A DNA stretch of 64,000 nucleotides from Lachnospiraceae bacterium (GCA_045641285.1 JAZUGQ010000053.1:51790-115789), one strand, 5' to 3'; positions 9,492-19,317 are shown, counted from the first letter of the stretch. Notes: generated by a model not told the origin, from the letters alone. A program made the numbers and translations.

Positions 9492-10820
9492 ATGAACATT
9501 AAGCGTATCTTACAACTGATGAGTCTTTTGACGATGCTTCTTCTGGTTACGGGATGTCAAACGGCACCGGTCGGGACAAACGGATCCGGTACGACGACAC
9601 CCGGCGGCGGAAATACCATATCCATTCCGGTTACCTGCACACCGACGCCGTTGCCGTATCATAAGGCTCAGGAGACGGATCTGAAGGCCAAGGCATTTTC
9701 CTTTGTTCCGACGACGGCCGACCATTTGCAAACAATATGGGAATCGGCGGAAGCGGAGACCATCGAAACGGTCATCAGCGGAGAAAGCGAAATGACGGCG
9801 GAGTTTAAGGCAATCTGGGAAGAAAAATTCCTGAATGTTCTGGTACATGTCATGAATGATGCCACGCCCGATACGGATGCCGATACCTTTTGGAGACGGG
9901 ACGGAATCATTTTATATATCAACGAAGACGGCCGGCGAAACAAAAATCTGTCGGTCGGCGATGCCTATTATCTGATTGACCGGAACGGTAAGGTTGATTA
10001 CGGCTTCGGAGCATCCAAAGACATTCAGACCTCCGCATTTTCGGACGGCACCGAGAGCGGATATTATATTGTTGCGAAGGTTCCGTTAATGCAGAATGTC
10101 GGTCATTTGGATATGCAAATCGGGTTTGATGTCCGCGTCAACAATGCGGAAGAGCAGAAATGCATTCATGCGATTCAATGGAAATCCGACAACAAAAACT
10201 GCGAAAAGGATTTCCGGAAAATCGGTTTGCTGACATTTGACACGATGATACGAAAATCCGAAGATTCCAAAATGGTATATCGCAGGATTCCGATTCGTAT
10301 CGACGGAAAACGCGACGATACCTGGGATATGTGCACCAGCTATACATTATTGAACAGAGTATACGGAAATAAAGGCGTGTCCGGAAGCTTTAAGGCAAGT
10401 TACGATGACCGTCATTTGTATTTATATGTCAAGGTTGAGGACAGAACGCCGTTTACGGACGGAGATCTGAACACCCGAAAGGACGGTGTCGAGATTTTCC
10501 TGAATGAATCCGGAAGCAAGGCGGAAACGTACGGCGACGGGGATCAGCATTATATGTTTTTGAGAAACGGTCAGTGTGTATGCGGAAACGGTGCGGACGA
10601 ATCGTTCGTACAGTACCTTGTCACGGAAACCGAAACCGGCTATGTATTGGAAGCATGCTTTGATTGGGGACTTCAAACGCATGACGGCAGTATCGGTTTT
10701 GATATCCGGATTAACGATTCTCAAAGCAGCGGAACACGTGACAGTATTTTGCAATGGAGCGATACCGGTATGAATACGCATAAATGCCTTACCGGAATCG
10801 GAACCTTATTTTTGGATTAG
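9492..10820 (+). CDS. lipoprotein with two CBM9-like carbohydrate-binding domains
   Basis: Lipobox LLLVTGC. Two repeats of the CBM9-type pattern (FKAIWEEKFLNVLVHVMND...WRRDGIILYINEDG and FKASYDDRHLYLYVKVED...RKDGVEIFLNESG). No catalytic domain recognised. Confidence 0.7.
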   Translation: MNIKRILQLMSLLTMLLLVTGCQTAPVGTNGSGTTTPGGGNTISIPVTCTPTPLPYHKAQETDLKAKAFSFVPTTADHLQTIWESAEAETIETVISGESEMTAEFKAIWEEKFLNVLVHVMNDATPDTDADTFWRRDGIILYINEDGRRNKNLSVGDAYYLIDRNGKVDYGFGASKDIQTSAFSDGTESGYYIVAKVPLMQNVGHLDMQIGFDVRVNNAEEQKCIHAIQWKSDNKNCEKDFRKIGLLTFDTMIRKSEDSKMVYRRIPIRIDGKRDDTWDMCTSYTLLNRVYGNKGVSGSFKASYDDRHLYLYVKVEDRTPFTDGDLNTRKDGVEIFLNESGSKAETYGDGDQHYMFLRNGQCVCGNGADESFVQYLVTETETGYVLEACFDWGLQTHDGSIGFDIRINDSQSSGTRDSILQWSDTGMNTHKCLTGIGTLFLD

Positions 10821-10829
10821 TTTTTTTGT

Positions 10830-10877
10830 CTCCGATAGTATCCGCTGCATGACGCGCGGTGCTGTCGGAGTTTTTTT
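10830..10877 (+). terminator. rho-independent terminator after the lipoprotein gene
   Basis: Stem ctccgatag (10830-10838) pairs with ctgtcggag (10862-10870), including one G-U pair. Followed by T7 (10871-10877). Confidence 0.55.
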
Positions 10878-10892
10878 GAGAAAGGAGACGCC

Positions 10893-12440
10893 ATGATCAG
10901 CTTGTTTTCGCTGTCGGAACCGATGCCGTTTGAGCAGGTAAAGATGCTGCCGGAACCGGAATATTTTCATGATCTGAATCTGGATCAGTATGTCGAAATT
11001 GTGGCACAGTATTTTGACGAGAAGGAACTGCGGCCGTATTTTTATTTTGAATCCAAGGATTATGAAACCGCAAAATACCGTCAGGAAATCGTCAATGATC
11101 TGAAAAATCCGGACATTCTGGAAGCCGTTCAGAATTTTATCGGAGAAATCAGCGAAGCGGTACGCTGCAATATCAATGCCGAAAATGTTTCCATGAACAT
11201 TCAGAAATGCAAATGGAGACTGGATTGCATGACCAATTATTATAAGGCCATGGAAAATCTTTGCATTGCATTTAACACAACGCCTCCGAAATCCCGGGCA
11301 TTTTATAATCTGCATCAGGAACTGTTCCATTTGCTGAATTCCGCGGAAATCAAAAAAATCCGTGCGACGGCGAAGACCATCGCGGAAGAGTTTCAGAATC
11401 TGAAATTCCATCTGACCATCAATAACGAGAAGGCCACCTTCGATTTGCTGTACAACCTGAAAGATTACTGCTTCCCGGTTCGGAATGCGTTTGAACACGG
11501 GGAAGCGGATCCGACACCGCAGATTTTCAGGGAATCTCCGTTTGACAATATCGAATTGTCCGATTTGGAAATTTTCGTACTGAAGCAGCTGGAAAAGCAG
11601 AATCTGACGCTGTTCCGGCAGTTGGAAACATTTGGCGGAACATACAAAAACATCATTTCACAGGATATTCTGGATCTGATTCGCGAGCTTCGGTTCTATA
11701 TGTTCAATATCGAATATATGGATCGTCTGAAAGCGTACGGATATCCGTTTACGCAGCCGTTGATTGTCAAAGACAAGGAATTGTATATGGATGACTGCTT
11801 CGACATTGTTCTGGCAATCAAGAACATGAAGCTGGAGAAGGAAGTCATTTACAATGATATTATGAAAGCCAATTTTGAAAAGGCAATCATTGTTACCGGA
11901 CCGAATCAGGGCGGTAAGACAACTCTGGCAAGAGCGTTCGGTCAGTGTTTTTACTTCGGCATGATGGGACTGAATGTTCCCGGAAGCGTATGCAAACTGC
12001 CGTATATCAGCAATATTTTCACTCATTTTGCCAATGAAGAGGGAACCGAAGGAATTGACGGACGTCTGTATAATGAGCTTGTCCGCCTGAGACAGATGTT
12101 CGGGAAAATCGACAATCGAAGCATCGTCATTTTAAATGAGCTGTTCACGTCGGCACCCGCAATGGATGCCTTGTCGATGAGCCGGGACCTGATGAAGCGG
12201 CTGCTTTTGCAAAATGCGATCTGCTTTTATGTGACACATACTTACGAAATCGCGACGGATCTGGATGATTACGTCAGTCTGGTGGCAACCGTCGTGGAGG
12301 ACGGAAGTTATCGGAGAACCTATCGGATTGTCCGCAAGAGAGCGGACGGAAACGCATTTGCCAATTCGATTGTCACGAAATACAAACTGGATTACAGCCA
12401 CATCAACTATCGGCTGAGCAAGGGACAGAGAAAGAATTAA
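10893..12440 (+). CDS. MutS-related ATPase (MutS domain V only; no mismatch-binding or nuclease domain), paralog A
   Basis: 515 aa. Walker A GPNQGGKTT (11898-11924). MutS-type region SIVILNELFTS, with Asn in place of the Walker B Asp (AAT 12135-12137). TH motif FYVTHTYE. Confidence 0.8.
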   Translation: MISLFSLSEPMPFEQVKMLPEPEYFHDLNLDQYVEIVAQYFDEKELRPYFYFESKDYETAKYRQEIVNDLKNPDILEAVQNFIGEISEAVRCNINAENVSMNIQKCKWRLDCMTNYYKAMENLCIAFNTTPPKSRAFYNLHQELFHLLNSAEIKKIRATAKTIAEEFQNLKFHLTINNEKATFDLLYNLKDYCFPVRNAFEHGEADPTPQIFRESPFDNIELSDLEIFVLKQLEKQNLTLFRQLETFGGTYKNIISQDILDLIRELRFYMFNIEYMDRLKAYGYPFTQPLIVKDKELYMDDCFDIVLAIKNMKLEKEVIYNDIMKANFEKAIIVTGPNQGGKTTLARAFGQCFYFGMMGLNVPGSVCKLPYISNIFTHFANEEGTEGIDGRLYNELVRLRQMFGKIDNRSIVILNELFTSAPAMDALSMSRDLMKRLLLQNAICFYVTHTYEIATDLDDYVSLVATVVEDGSYRRTYRIVRKRADGNAFANSIVTKYKLDYSHINYRLSKGQRKN

Positions 12441-12457
12441 CGACGGGGTTTACGGGT

Positions 12458-13981
12458 ATGAAAATCAACTTACTGAATAAACCGGGATACGTTCCGGGTC
12501 AGACAATTGCACCGTTTGAAAAGGATCTGTTCCAGGATTTGGTGCTTGATAATATTTTGCAGATTATGGCAAAAAACGACAAATACATATATCAGCAGTG
12601 CCGTAACATTTTGCTGACGCCGCTCACCGATTATGATAATATCGCATATCGTCAGAGTTCCATTCGGGATGCCATACGAAACAAAAAAACGATTCTGTCA
12701 TTGTATGCGACGGTTGCCGAAGTCGTTACCGATTTGAGCAATTTGAAAACAAAAATGAGGAAAGACGGAGAGTCGTCGTCCGCGAACGTCAAGCTGATCA
12801 ATTCCATTGAACTGCTGGATTTGCTGTCCACCGGTCTGGAACGCCTGAAAAAGGAAATTGTCGATACGTACGGTCATTTCACGGGAACCATTTTTCGGGA
12901 TTTTTATGATGATTTCTTAAAAGAGTTTGACACCGATTTCATGAAACTCGTGCACGATCGAACGAAAGCATTGCAAATGATGGAAAGCGGCGGAGAAATC
13001 CAAATCAGCGGTGTCATCGGCAAAGGACTGAAAATGGACGGAATGTTTGTAAATTCCATCGCCAAATACAAGGAAACGCGAAAACAGGATATTATAAACT
13101 CCCTGTTTTTGACCCGCGTCAATAAAAATGAAATCCGGATTTCCTATAACGACATCAGTCTGAATGCGGATTGCAAGCAGCTGGAAAGCCATGCGCTTTT
13201 GCATGTTGCATCGTGCTTTGATGAATTTTCGAAAGAAATCGGCAAACTGTTCGATTCTCTTCGAAGCCAGCTCGCATTTTTCTACGGATGCTGCAACCTC
13301 TACAGCCAGATGCACAACCTGCTGTTTCCGGTCAGCTTCCCGGATATTGATAAAAAGAATATCGCGATTCAGGCCGAGGACCTGTATGATTTGAGCTTCG
13401 CGCTGAACAGCAGCAAAATACCGACCACCAACCGGCTGGAGGGCGAGGATACGCTGATTTATCTGATTACCGGAACCAACCACGGCGGAAAAACGACCTT
13501 TATACGAAGCGTTTCGGTTGCCCAGCTGATGGCACAGTGCGGCATGTTTGTCCCCGCATCGAACATGAAAACTCATTTGTTTAACGGATTTTACACGCAT
13601 TTTGTCAGAAAAGAAGATGTGACGCTGAATTCCGGAAAGCTGGAGGAAGAACTGAATCGTCTCAGCAAAATTGTTGATTTCATGAAGCCGGGATCCATCA
13701 TTTTCCTAAATGAATCCTTTGCGACGACTTCGGAACGCGAAGGGGCATTGATTGCGGAAGACGTCATTAAGGCCTTTATGGACAATAATGTAACCTGCTT
13801 CTTTGTCACGCACATTTATACCTATGCGAAGAAAGCGTATGACGAGAAGATGCCGAGGACGCAGTTCCTGCAGGCGGAACGGAATACGGAAGGTGAGCGA
13901 ACCTATCATTTGACAAGCGGAGAACCGGGAATTACCGGATACGGAATGGAACTATATAACGAAATTGTCGGAGGAGAGTAA
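12458..13981 (+). CDS. MutS-related ATPase (MutS domain V only), paralog B
   Basis: 507 aa. Walker A GTNHGGKTT (13472-). SIIFLNESFATTS, again with Asn (13709-13711) in place of the Walker B Asp. FFVTHIY. Starts 17 nt after paralog A. Confidence 0.8.
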   Translation: MKINLLNKPGYVPGQTIAPFEKDLFQDLVLDNILQIMAKNDKYIYQQCRNILLTPLTDYDNIAYRQSSIRDAIRNKKTILSLYATVAEVVTDLSNLKTKMRKDGESSSANVKLINSIELLDLLSTGLERLKKEIVDTYGHFTGTIFRDFYDDFLKEFDTDFMKLVHDRTKALQMMESGGEIQISGVIGKGLKMDGMFVNSIAKYKETRKQDIINSLFLTRVNKNEIRISYNDISLNADCKQLESHALLHVASCFDEFSKEIGKLFDSLRSQLAFFYGCCNLYSQMHNLLFPVSFPDIDKKNIAIQAEDLYDLSFALNSSKIPTTNRLEGEDTLIYLITGTNHGGKTTFIRSVSVAQLMAQCGMFVPASNMKTHLFNGFYTHFVRKEDVTLNSGKLEEELNRLSKIVDFMKPGSIIFLNESFATTSEREGALIAEDVIKAFMDNNVTCFFVTHIYTYAKKAYDEKMPRTQFLQAERNTEGERTYHLTSGEPGITGYGMELYNEIVGGE

Positions 13982-14065
13982 GCCGGCACGGTGATGGGAA
14001 CGAACGGAAGCACGGACACGACGTGAATTTCGTTTCGGGGAATGCTGAAATTCTGAATTTTGGGC

Positions 14066-14094
14066 AAAAAAAACCCCGGGACAAAATCCCGGGG
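14066..14094 (-). terminator. rho-independent terminator downstream of tRNA-Leu
   Basis: ccccggg (14074-14080) pairs with cccgggg (14088-14094), 7-nt loop. On the minus strand it is followed by T8. Confidence 0.72.
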
Positions 14095-14096
14095 AA

Positions 14097-14180
14097 TGCG
14101 GATGGCGGGACTTGAACCCGCACGAGTGATAAGCCCGTCAGATTTTGAGTCTGATGCGTCTGCCATTCCGCCACATCCGC
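14097..14180 (-). tRNA. tRNA-Leu (anticodon CAA), class II with long variable arm
   Basis: Hand-folded. Acceptor GCGGATG/CATCCGC plus discriminator A. Anticodon stem TCAGA/TCTGA with loop CTCAAAA. Long variable arm. T-arm CGGG-TTCAAGT-CCCG. CCA is not encoded. Confidence 0.93.
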
Positions 14181-14191
14181 GAACATTTGGC

Positions 14192-14220
14192 ATTTTACCA
14201 TGAATTTTTTTATTTTGCAA
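14192..14220 (-). promoter_or_regulatory. sigma-A-type promoter for tRNA-Leu
   Basis: Minus strand: TTGCAA (14220-14215), 17-nt spacer, TGgTAAAAT extended -10 (hexamer 14197-14192). About 11 nt upstream of the tRNA 5' end. Confidence 0.5.
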
Positions 14221-14265
14221 GAGGAAAATCAAAGAATTCCAAGAAATCATAAAAGGAGGAGTTGT

Positions 14266-14757
14266 ATGGATTGCAAAGAAGCAAGAATGCATAGCAAAAG
14301 TTATCTTTTGCATGAGCTTCCGGAAGAAATTATGGGACCGTATATCGATCATATTCAGAATTGCACGGAATGCAAAGACGAACTGCTGACGGATTATTCC
14401 ATTACGACGGCTCTGAAACAGCTCTCCGCCAATGAGGATTTTTATGATAATTATTATTTGCAACTGGAAAATAAACTGAAACGGTCAGAAACCTATGTCA
14501 AAAAGAGAAAGCAGAAATTCGTGATGAAAACAATCGGTGCCGCGATTATGTTCTGCATCATCGGCTGCTTTATTACAACCAGGAAAGAACCGGTCTATTA
14601 TCGGTTTTTGCCCGAAAATACGCGGAAAGAATCGCTGGCCATCAATTTCTACGGTGTGCCAAAAGCATCCGATCCGATTCGAAATACCATTTTGGAATAT
14701 AACAGTCAGGTCATTGACAAAATCAGACAGGAAGCTGACGCAAACAAAGGAGAATAG
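14266..14757 (+). CDS. zf-HC2 (anti-sigma-like) single-pass membrane protein
   Basis: AAAGGAGGA RBS. H-x3-C-x2-C motif HIQNCTEC. One TM segment (IGAAIMFCIIGCFITT). No sigma factor gene adjacent. Confidence 0.65.
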   Translation: MDCKEARMHSKSYLLHELPEEIMGPYIDHIQNCTECKDELLTDYSITTALKQLSANEDFYDNYYLQLENKLKRSETYVKKRKQKFVMKTIGAAIMFCIIGCFITTRKEPVYYRFLPENTRKESLAINFYGVPKASDPIRNTILEYNSQVIDKIRQEADANKGE

Positions 14758-14761
14758 CGGA

Positions 14762-17536
14762 ATGAACGATGAGTTACTGCTTATCATAGACGGATCGTCT
14801 TTGCTGTCGACCCAGTTTTACGGAAATCTTCCCCCGGCGGTACTGATGGGCAAAACGCCGGAAGAAAAAGAAGCCGGATTTCCGAAAATCATGCAAACGT
14901 CCACCGGAGTTTACACGAACGGAATTTTCGGCTTTCTGCGGTATTTATTGAAAATGCTGGAACAGCAAAAACCGACGCATCTTGCCGTAACATGGGATTT
15001 GACAAGAGATACTTTCCGGAGAGAGATGTATTCGGAGTATAAAGGGAACCGTTCCGAAACCATGGTTCCGTTAAAAGAACAGTTCCGGCTCTGCCAGGAA
15101 ATTCTCGGCCGAATCGGAATCCGTCAATATATGTCGGAAACCTACGAAGCCGATGATTACAGCGGCTCCCTGACGAGACGCTTTGAACAGGAAATCCCCG
15201 TTGCCATCGTAACGAAAGACCATGATTATCTGCAGCTCGCCGATGACAATACGACAATCTGGCTTCTGCAGACCGCACAGAAAAAAGCTGACGAATTATT
15301 TGACAAATACCATATCAAGAAGAAAGAAACCAATTGCCCGGAGAAAGCATTTCCGATGACTCCGGAACGGATTCGGCAGGAATTCGGTGTGACTCCTGCG
15401 GAAATTGCGGAACTGAAGGGCCTTCAGGGCGATTCGTCCGATAACATCAAAGGAGTTCCGGGAATCGGCCCGCAAACCGCCGTGGCACTGATTGCTTATT
15501 ACAAGACCGTGGATCGTTTGTATGAAGCGATTCATGAGGCCGGACCGGACGGTGAAAAGAATCTGGCACAGTTTATGAAGGACACGCTCGGAATCAAACG
15601 AAACCCGATTCCGACACTGACCAAAACGTCCGATACGGAACTCTGCGGAGAACAGGCGGCCAGACTCAGTGAGAAGCTGGCAACCATAAAGCAGGATATT
15701 CCGATTGAAGAAACGTTGGACAATCTGAAAATCCAAATCGATTACCGGGAATTTGCCAAGGTTCTTCACGAATTGGAAATCACCAGTATTACATTGCCGC
15801 AAACGGAACCGGCTGCCGAGCGTAAGCCGGTCGCTATCTGCTATATTTCGGACCGTACGGACTTGGATCGTAACCGGGCGGAAATATTGTCCTGTCAGGG
15901 TCCTGTGGGACTGGCCAGAAAGACCCGCAAAAATGCTCAGGAAGAATGGCAGATTGCATTCGGACTGTCGGCCGATGAGTCCTTCATTACGCTGGCTTCG
16001 GATTCGACGGTGTACTTCATTTCCGATTCGGATCCCGGCATGCACCGGGATGCCGTAACGCTTTTGACGGACCTGTGCGGACAGACGAGACTCTATGCAT
16101 TTCACGTCAAGGAAGAATGGTGTGATTTGCCTTATACGGAAAATTTATGGGATGTTTCCCTGATGGATTATCTGCTGAGACCGTTGACCACCCATCATGA
16201 ATATGAGGATGTATTTGCGGAATGGATGCCGAATGCCGCAACATCGTCGGAAGACGAAGCGGAAGCCGTGGACGCCAGAGAACTCGGCATTTTGCTGGAT
16301 GAAAAACTGACGGAGAACGGCGGGCACGAGTTGTATCAGACAATCGAACAACCGCTCATGTGGGTTCTTCATGACATGGAAAATGCGGGCATTTTGGTTG
16401 ATCGCAGCATACTTCGGGAATATGCGGACAGTTTGCAAAAGAAGATGGAAGAGGAACAGGCACGGATTTACGAACTGGCGGAGTGCTCGTTCAATATCAA
16501 CTCGCCGAAACAGCTCGGGGAAGTATTATTCGAAAAAATGAATCTGCCGTACCCGAAGAAAACGAAAAAGGGCTACAGTACGTCAGTGGAAATTCTGGAA
16601 ACGCTGACCGAGTACCCGATTGTGGAACACATCCTTCTGTATCGTCAGTATTCCAAACTCCTGTCCACGTATGCGGAGGGATTACAGACCTGCATTTCCG
16701 CGGACGGACGAATTCATACAAACTATCAGCAGATGGTAACGGCAACCGGACGGCTGAGCTCCACCGAGCCGAATCTGCAAAACATTCCGATTCGTTCCGA
16801 ACTCGGACGGGAAATCCGGAAAGCGTTTGTGCCCAAGCCGGGATTCGTTTTTGTCGATGCCGACTATTCCCAGATCGAGCTTCGTCTGATGGCCCATATG
16901 TCCGGCGATACGGAATTGCAAAAAGCTTATAACAGTGCGGCCGATATTCACAGACTGACGGCCAGTCAGGTATTTAACGTACCGTTTGACGATGTTACGC
17001 CGGAACAGAGAAGCGCTGCCAAAGCAGTGAATTTCGGTATTTTGTACGGAATCAGTTCCTTTTCGCTGTCAAAGGATTTGGGAATTACGAAATCCATGGC
17101 GGAACGGTATATACAGGATTATTTTGCAAGATTTCCGAAAATGAAGGAATATTTGGACAAAACCGTGGCGTCCGCAAAGGAACTCGGATATGTGACAACA
17201 ATGTTCGGACGCAGAAGACCGATTCCGGAACTGACGTCCTCGGTGTATACGCAGAGAAGCTTCGGCGAACGTGTTGCCATGAACTCCCCGATTCAGGGAA
17301 CGGCCGCGGATATTATGAAGATTGCCATGATTAAGGTATATCAGGCGTTACAAAAGTCGGGAACAAAAGCAAAAATGCTGATTCAGGTGCATGACGAACT
17401 GTTGCTCGAAGTGCCGCAAGAGGAAGCGGAGTCCGTATCCGAACTGCTTCGTGAGGCGATGGAAACGGCGGTTCTTCTGACGGTACCGTTGGAAGCGGAT
17501 GTGCAAAGCGGAATGACCTGGTATGATGCCAAATAA
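14762..17536 (+). CDS. polA: DNA polymerase I
   Basis: N-terminus MNDELLLIIDGSSLL (5'-nuclease). Pol motifs DYSQIELR, KAVNFGILYG, QVHDEL. The 14537 ORF start is a spurious upstream extension overlapping the previous gene. Confidence 0.95.
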   Translation: MNDELLLIIDGSSLLSTQFYGNLPPAVLMGKTPEEKEAGFPKIMQTSTGVYTNGIFGFLRYLLKMLEQQKPTHLAVTWDLTRDTFRREMYSEYKGNRSETMVPLKEQFRLCQEILGRIGIRQYMSETYEADDYSGSLTRRFEQEIPVAIVTKDHDYLQLADDNTTIWLLQTAQKKADELFDKYHIKKKETNCPEKAFPMTPERIRQEFGVTPAEIAELKGLQGDSSDNIKGVPGIGPQTAVALIAYYKTVDRLYEAIHEAGPDGEKNLAQFMKDTLGIKRNPIPTLTKTSDTELCGEQAARLSEKLATIKQDIPIEETLDNLKIQIDYREFAKVLHELEITSITLPQTEPAAERKPVAICYISDRTDLDRNRAEILSCQGPVGLARKTRKNAQEEWQIAFGLSADESFITLASDSTVYFISDSDPGMHRDAVTLLTDLCGQTRLYAFHVKEEWCDLPYTENLWDVSLMDYLLRPLTTHHEYEDVFAEWMPNAATSSEDEAEAVDARELGILLDEKLTENGGHELYQTIEQPLMWVLHDMENAGILVDRSILREYADSLQKKMEEEQARIYELAECSFNINSPKQLGEVLFEKMNLPYPKKTKKGYSTSVEILETLTEYPIVEHILLYRQYSKLLSTYAEGLQTCISADGRIHTNYQQMVTATGRLSSTEPNLQNIPIRSELGREIRKAFVPKPGFVFVDADYSQIELRLMAHMSGDTELQKAYNSAADIHRLTASQVFNVPFDDVTPEQRSAAKAVNFGILYGISSFSLSKDLGITKSMAERYIQDYFARFPKMKEYLDKTVASAKELGYVTTMFGRRRPIPELTSSVYTQRSFGERVAMNSPIQGTAADIMKIAMIKVYQALQKSGTKAKMLIQVHDELLLEVPQEEAESVSELLREAMETAVLLTVPLEADVQSGMTWYDAK

Positions 17537-17549
17537 GTGAGTGTGAGAT

Positions 17550-18158
17550 ATGAAAGTAATCGGATTGACCGGCTGTGCGGGAAGCGGAAAAAGCTACGTC
17601 AGCGAATGTATTCGAACCCGACTCGGATTTCCCGTAATTGACTCGGATTCGGAATGCAAACAGCTGATGGGCCCCGGAATGGCCGTGACGGAAGAAATTA
17701 TTAAGATATTCGGAAATGAGTATAAACGGGAGGACGGTTCCCTGGACCGTGCGCTTTTGGCAAAGACGGTGTTCGCGAACGAAGACGCATTGGAAACACT
17801 GAATGCCATTACCCACCCGGCAACCATTGAACGGATTTGCAGCATGCTGAAGGCGGAGGAACAGGCCGGAACACCGGTTGTATTTGTGGAATCGGCACTG
17901 GCGGAGCAGGCGGGATATCGAACGTTTTGCGATGAATTATGGCTTGTGTATGCTTCGGAAGAAACGAGACGTCAGCGACTGCGCGATACCCGGGGATATG
18001 ACGAAGAACGGATTCATAATCTGATTCAGAGCCAGACTCCTCAGGGAATTATGATGAATCAGTGCGACCGTGTGATCGTCAATGATGTTGCCGATGCGGA
18101 AGCGGAGATTCTGCGTCAGCTGCGGTTTCATTTGGAGTCAATCGGATTCCGTGATTGA
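17550..18158 (+). CDS. coaE: dephospho-CoA kinase
   Basis: 202 aa. P-loop GLTGCAGSGKS. Conserved position after polA. Confidence 0.9.
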   Translation: MKVIGLTGCAGSGKSYVSECIRTRLGFPVIDSDSECKQLMGPGMAVTEEIIKIFGNEYKREDGSLDRALLAKTVFANEDALETLNAITHPATIERICSMLKAEEQAGTPVVFVESALAEQAGYRTFCDELWLVYASEETRRQRLRDTRGYDEERIHNLIQSQTPQGIMMNQCDRVIVNDVADAEAEILRQLRFHLESIGFRD

Positions 18159-18183
18159 TGTTTGACGGCATTTATGGTATAAT
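18155..18183 (+). promoter_or_regulatory. candidate promoter for the MBL-fold gene
   Basis: TTGATG (18155-18160), 17 nt, TGgTATAAT (hexamer 18178-18183). Confidence 0.4.
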
Positions 18184-18224
18184 ATTTGTTTGGGAATGAG
18201 ACCAATCGGAAGGAATGAAGTTAC

Positions 18225-19019
18225 GTGAAAGTATTCAGTATAGCAAGCGGAAGCAGCGGAAACTGCATATATGTGGAGACGGAACAGATTCGGCTTTTGT
18301 TTGATGCCGGCATTTCCGCAAAACGGATTGTTTGCGGATTGCAGCAAAACGGAATCGAGCCGGATACCGTCAATGCCATCTTTATTACGCATGAGCACAG
18401 CGATCATATCGCAGGACTTTCCGTTTTGCTGAAGAAATACCGAATTCCGATTTACGGAACGGCGGAAACCCTGCAGGCAATCATGATGTCCTCGTACGGA
18501 AAAGACATTGCAGCGGAACTGCTTCATTCGATTCGTCCCGGAACCGTAACCATTCTCGGGGATGCGGAAGTGTCAGCCTGCTATACGTCCCATGATGCGG
18601 CGAAACCGGTCTGTTATTCGGTCGTTTCGGGAAACCGGAAATTTGCGATGGCGACGGATTTGGGATATTACGACGATTCCATTGTCAATCATTTGAAAGA
18701 TGCGGATATTTTGTATCTGGAATCGAATTATGACCGGGACATGCTTTTGGTCGGAACGTATCCGTATCAGTTAAAGCGACGGATTATGGGCCCGAGCGGT
18801 CATTTGTCCAATGAAGACTGTGCGGCACTGATTGTGCAACTGCTTCACAACCGGCTGCAATATGTGATTCTGGCTCATCTCAGCAAAGAAAACAATTATC
18901 CGGAGCTGGCATTTGTCAATGCAAACAATACGCTGAATAAAAACTGGCATTATCGGGAGCCCTGTCCGAAGCTGATTGTAGCGTCGCGGGACGAGCCGAT
19001 TGACAGTATAAGCATATAA
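18225..19019 (+). CDS. MBL-fold metallo-hydrolase (YycJ-like)
   Basis: GTG start. Motifs ASGSSGNC and THEHSDH, plus a C-terminal GHLSN. Confidence 0.85.
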   Translation: MKVFSIASGSSGNCIYVETEQIRLLFDAGISAKRIVCGLQQNGIEPDTVNAIFITHEHSDHIAGLSVLLKKYRIPIYGTAETLQAIMMSSYGKDIAAELLHSIRPGTVTILGDAEVSACYTSHDAAKPVCYSVVSGNRKFAMATDLGYYDDSIVNHLKDADILYLESNYDRDMLLVGTYPYQLKRRIMGPSGHLSNEDCAALIVQLLHNRLQYVILAHLSKENNYPELAFVNANNTLNKNWHYREPCPKLIVASRDEPIDSISI

Positions 19020-19032
19020 AGGAGACGAAACT

Positions 19033-19305
19033 ATGAAAAAAGCGATTATTACCGTAGTCGGAAAGGACTGCGTCGGAATTATTGCAAAGGTGTGTACGTA
19101 TCTGGCATCGGAAAATGTGAATATTCTTGACATTTCCCAGACCATTGTCGGCGGTTATTTTAACATGATGATGGTTGTCGATGTTCAGGCGGCATCCAAG
19201 ACCTTTGACGAGCTCGCTGCGGAACTCGACGAAAACGGCAAGGAAATCGGATGCATTATCCGGATTCAGCTCGAAGACATTTTTGATATGATGCACAGAA
19301 TTTAA
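19033..19305 (+). CDS. ACT domain protein (UPF0237)
   Basis: 90 aa. ITVVGKDCVGIIAKV is an ACT-type N-terminus. Always paired with UPF0210. Confidence 0.85.
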   Translation: MKKAIITVVGKDCVGIIAKVCTYLASENVNILDISQTIVGGYFNMMMVVDVQAASKTFDELAAELDENGKEIGCIIRIQLEDIFDMMHRI

Positions 19306-19317
19306 TCGGAGGACGAT

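Noticed and set aside
14537-14761. Upstream extension of the polA ORF (ORF-track start 14537)
   Set aside because: It overlaps the zf-HC2 gene in another frame. The conserved PolA N-terminus (MNDELLLIIDGSS) starts at 14762, just after that gene's stop.
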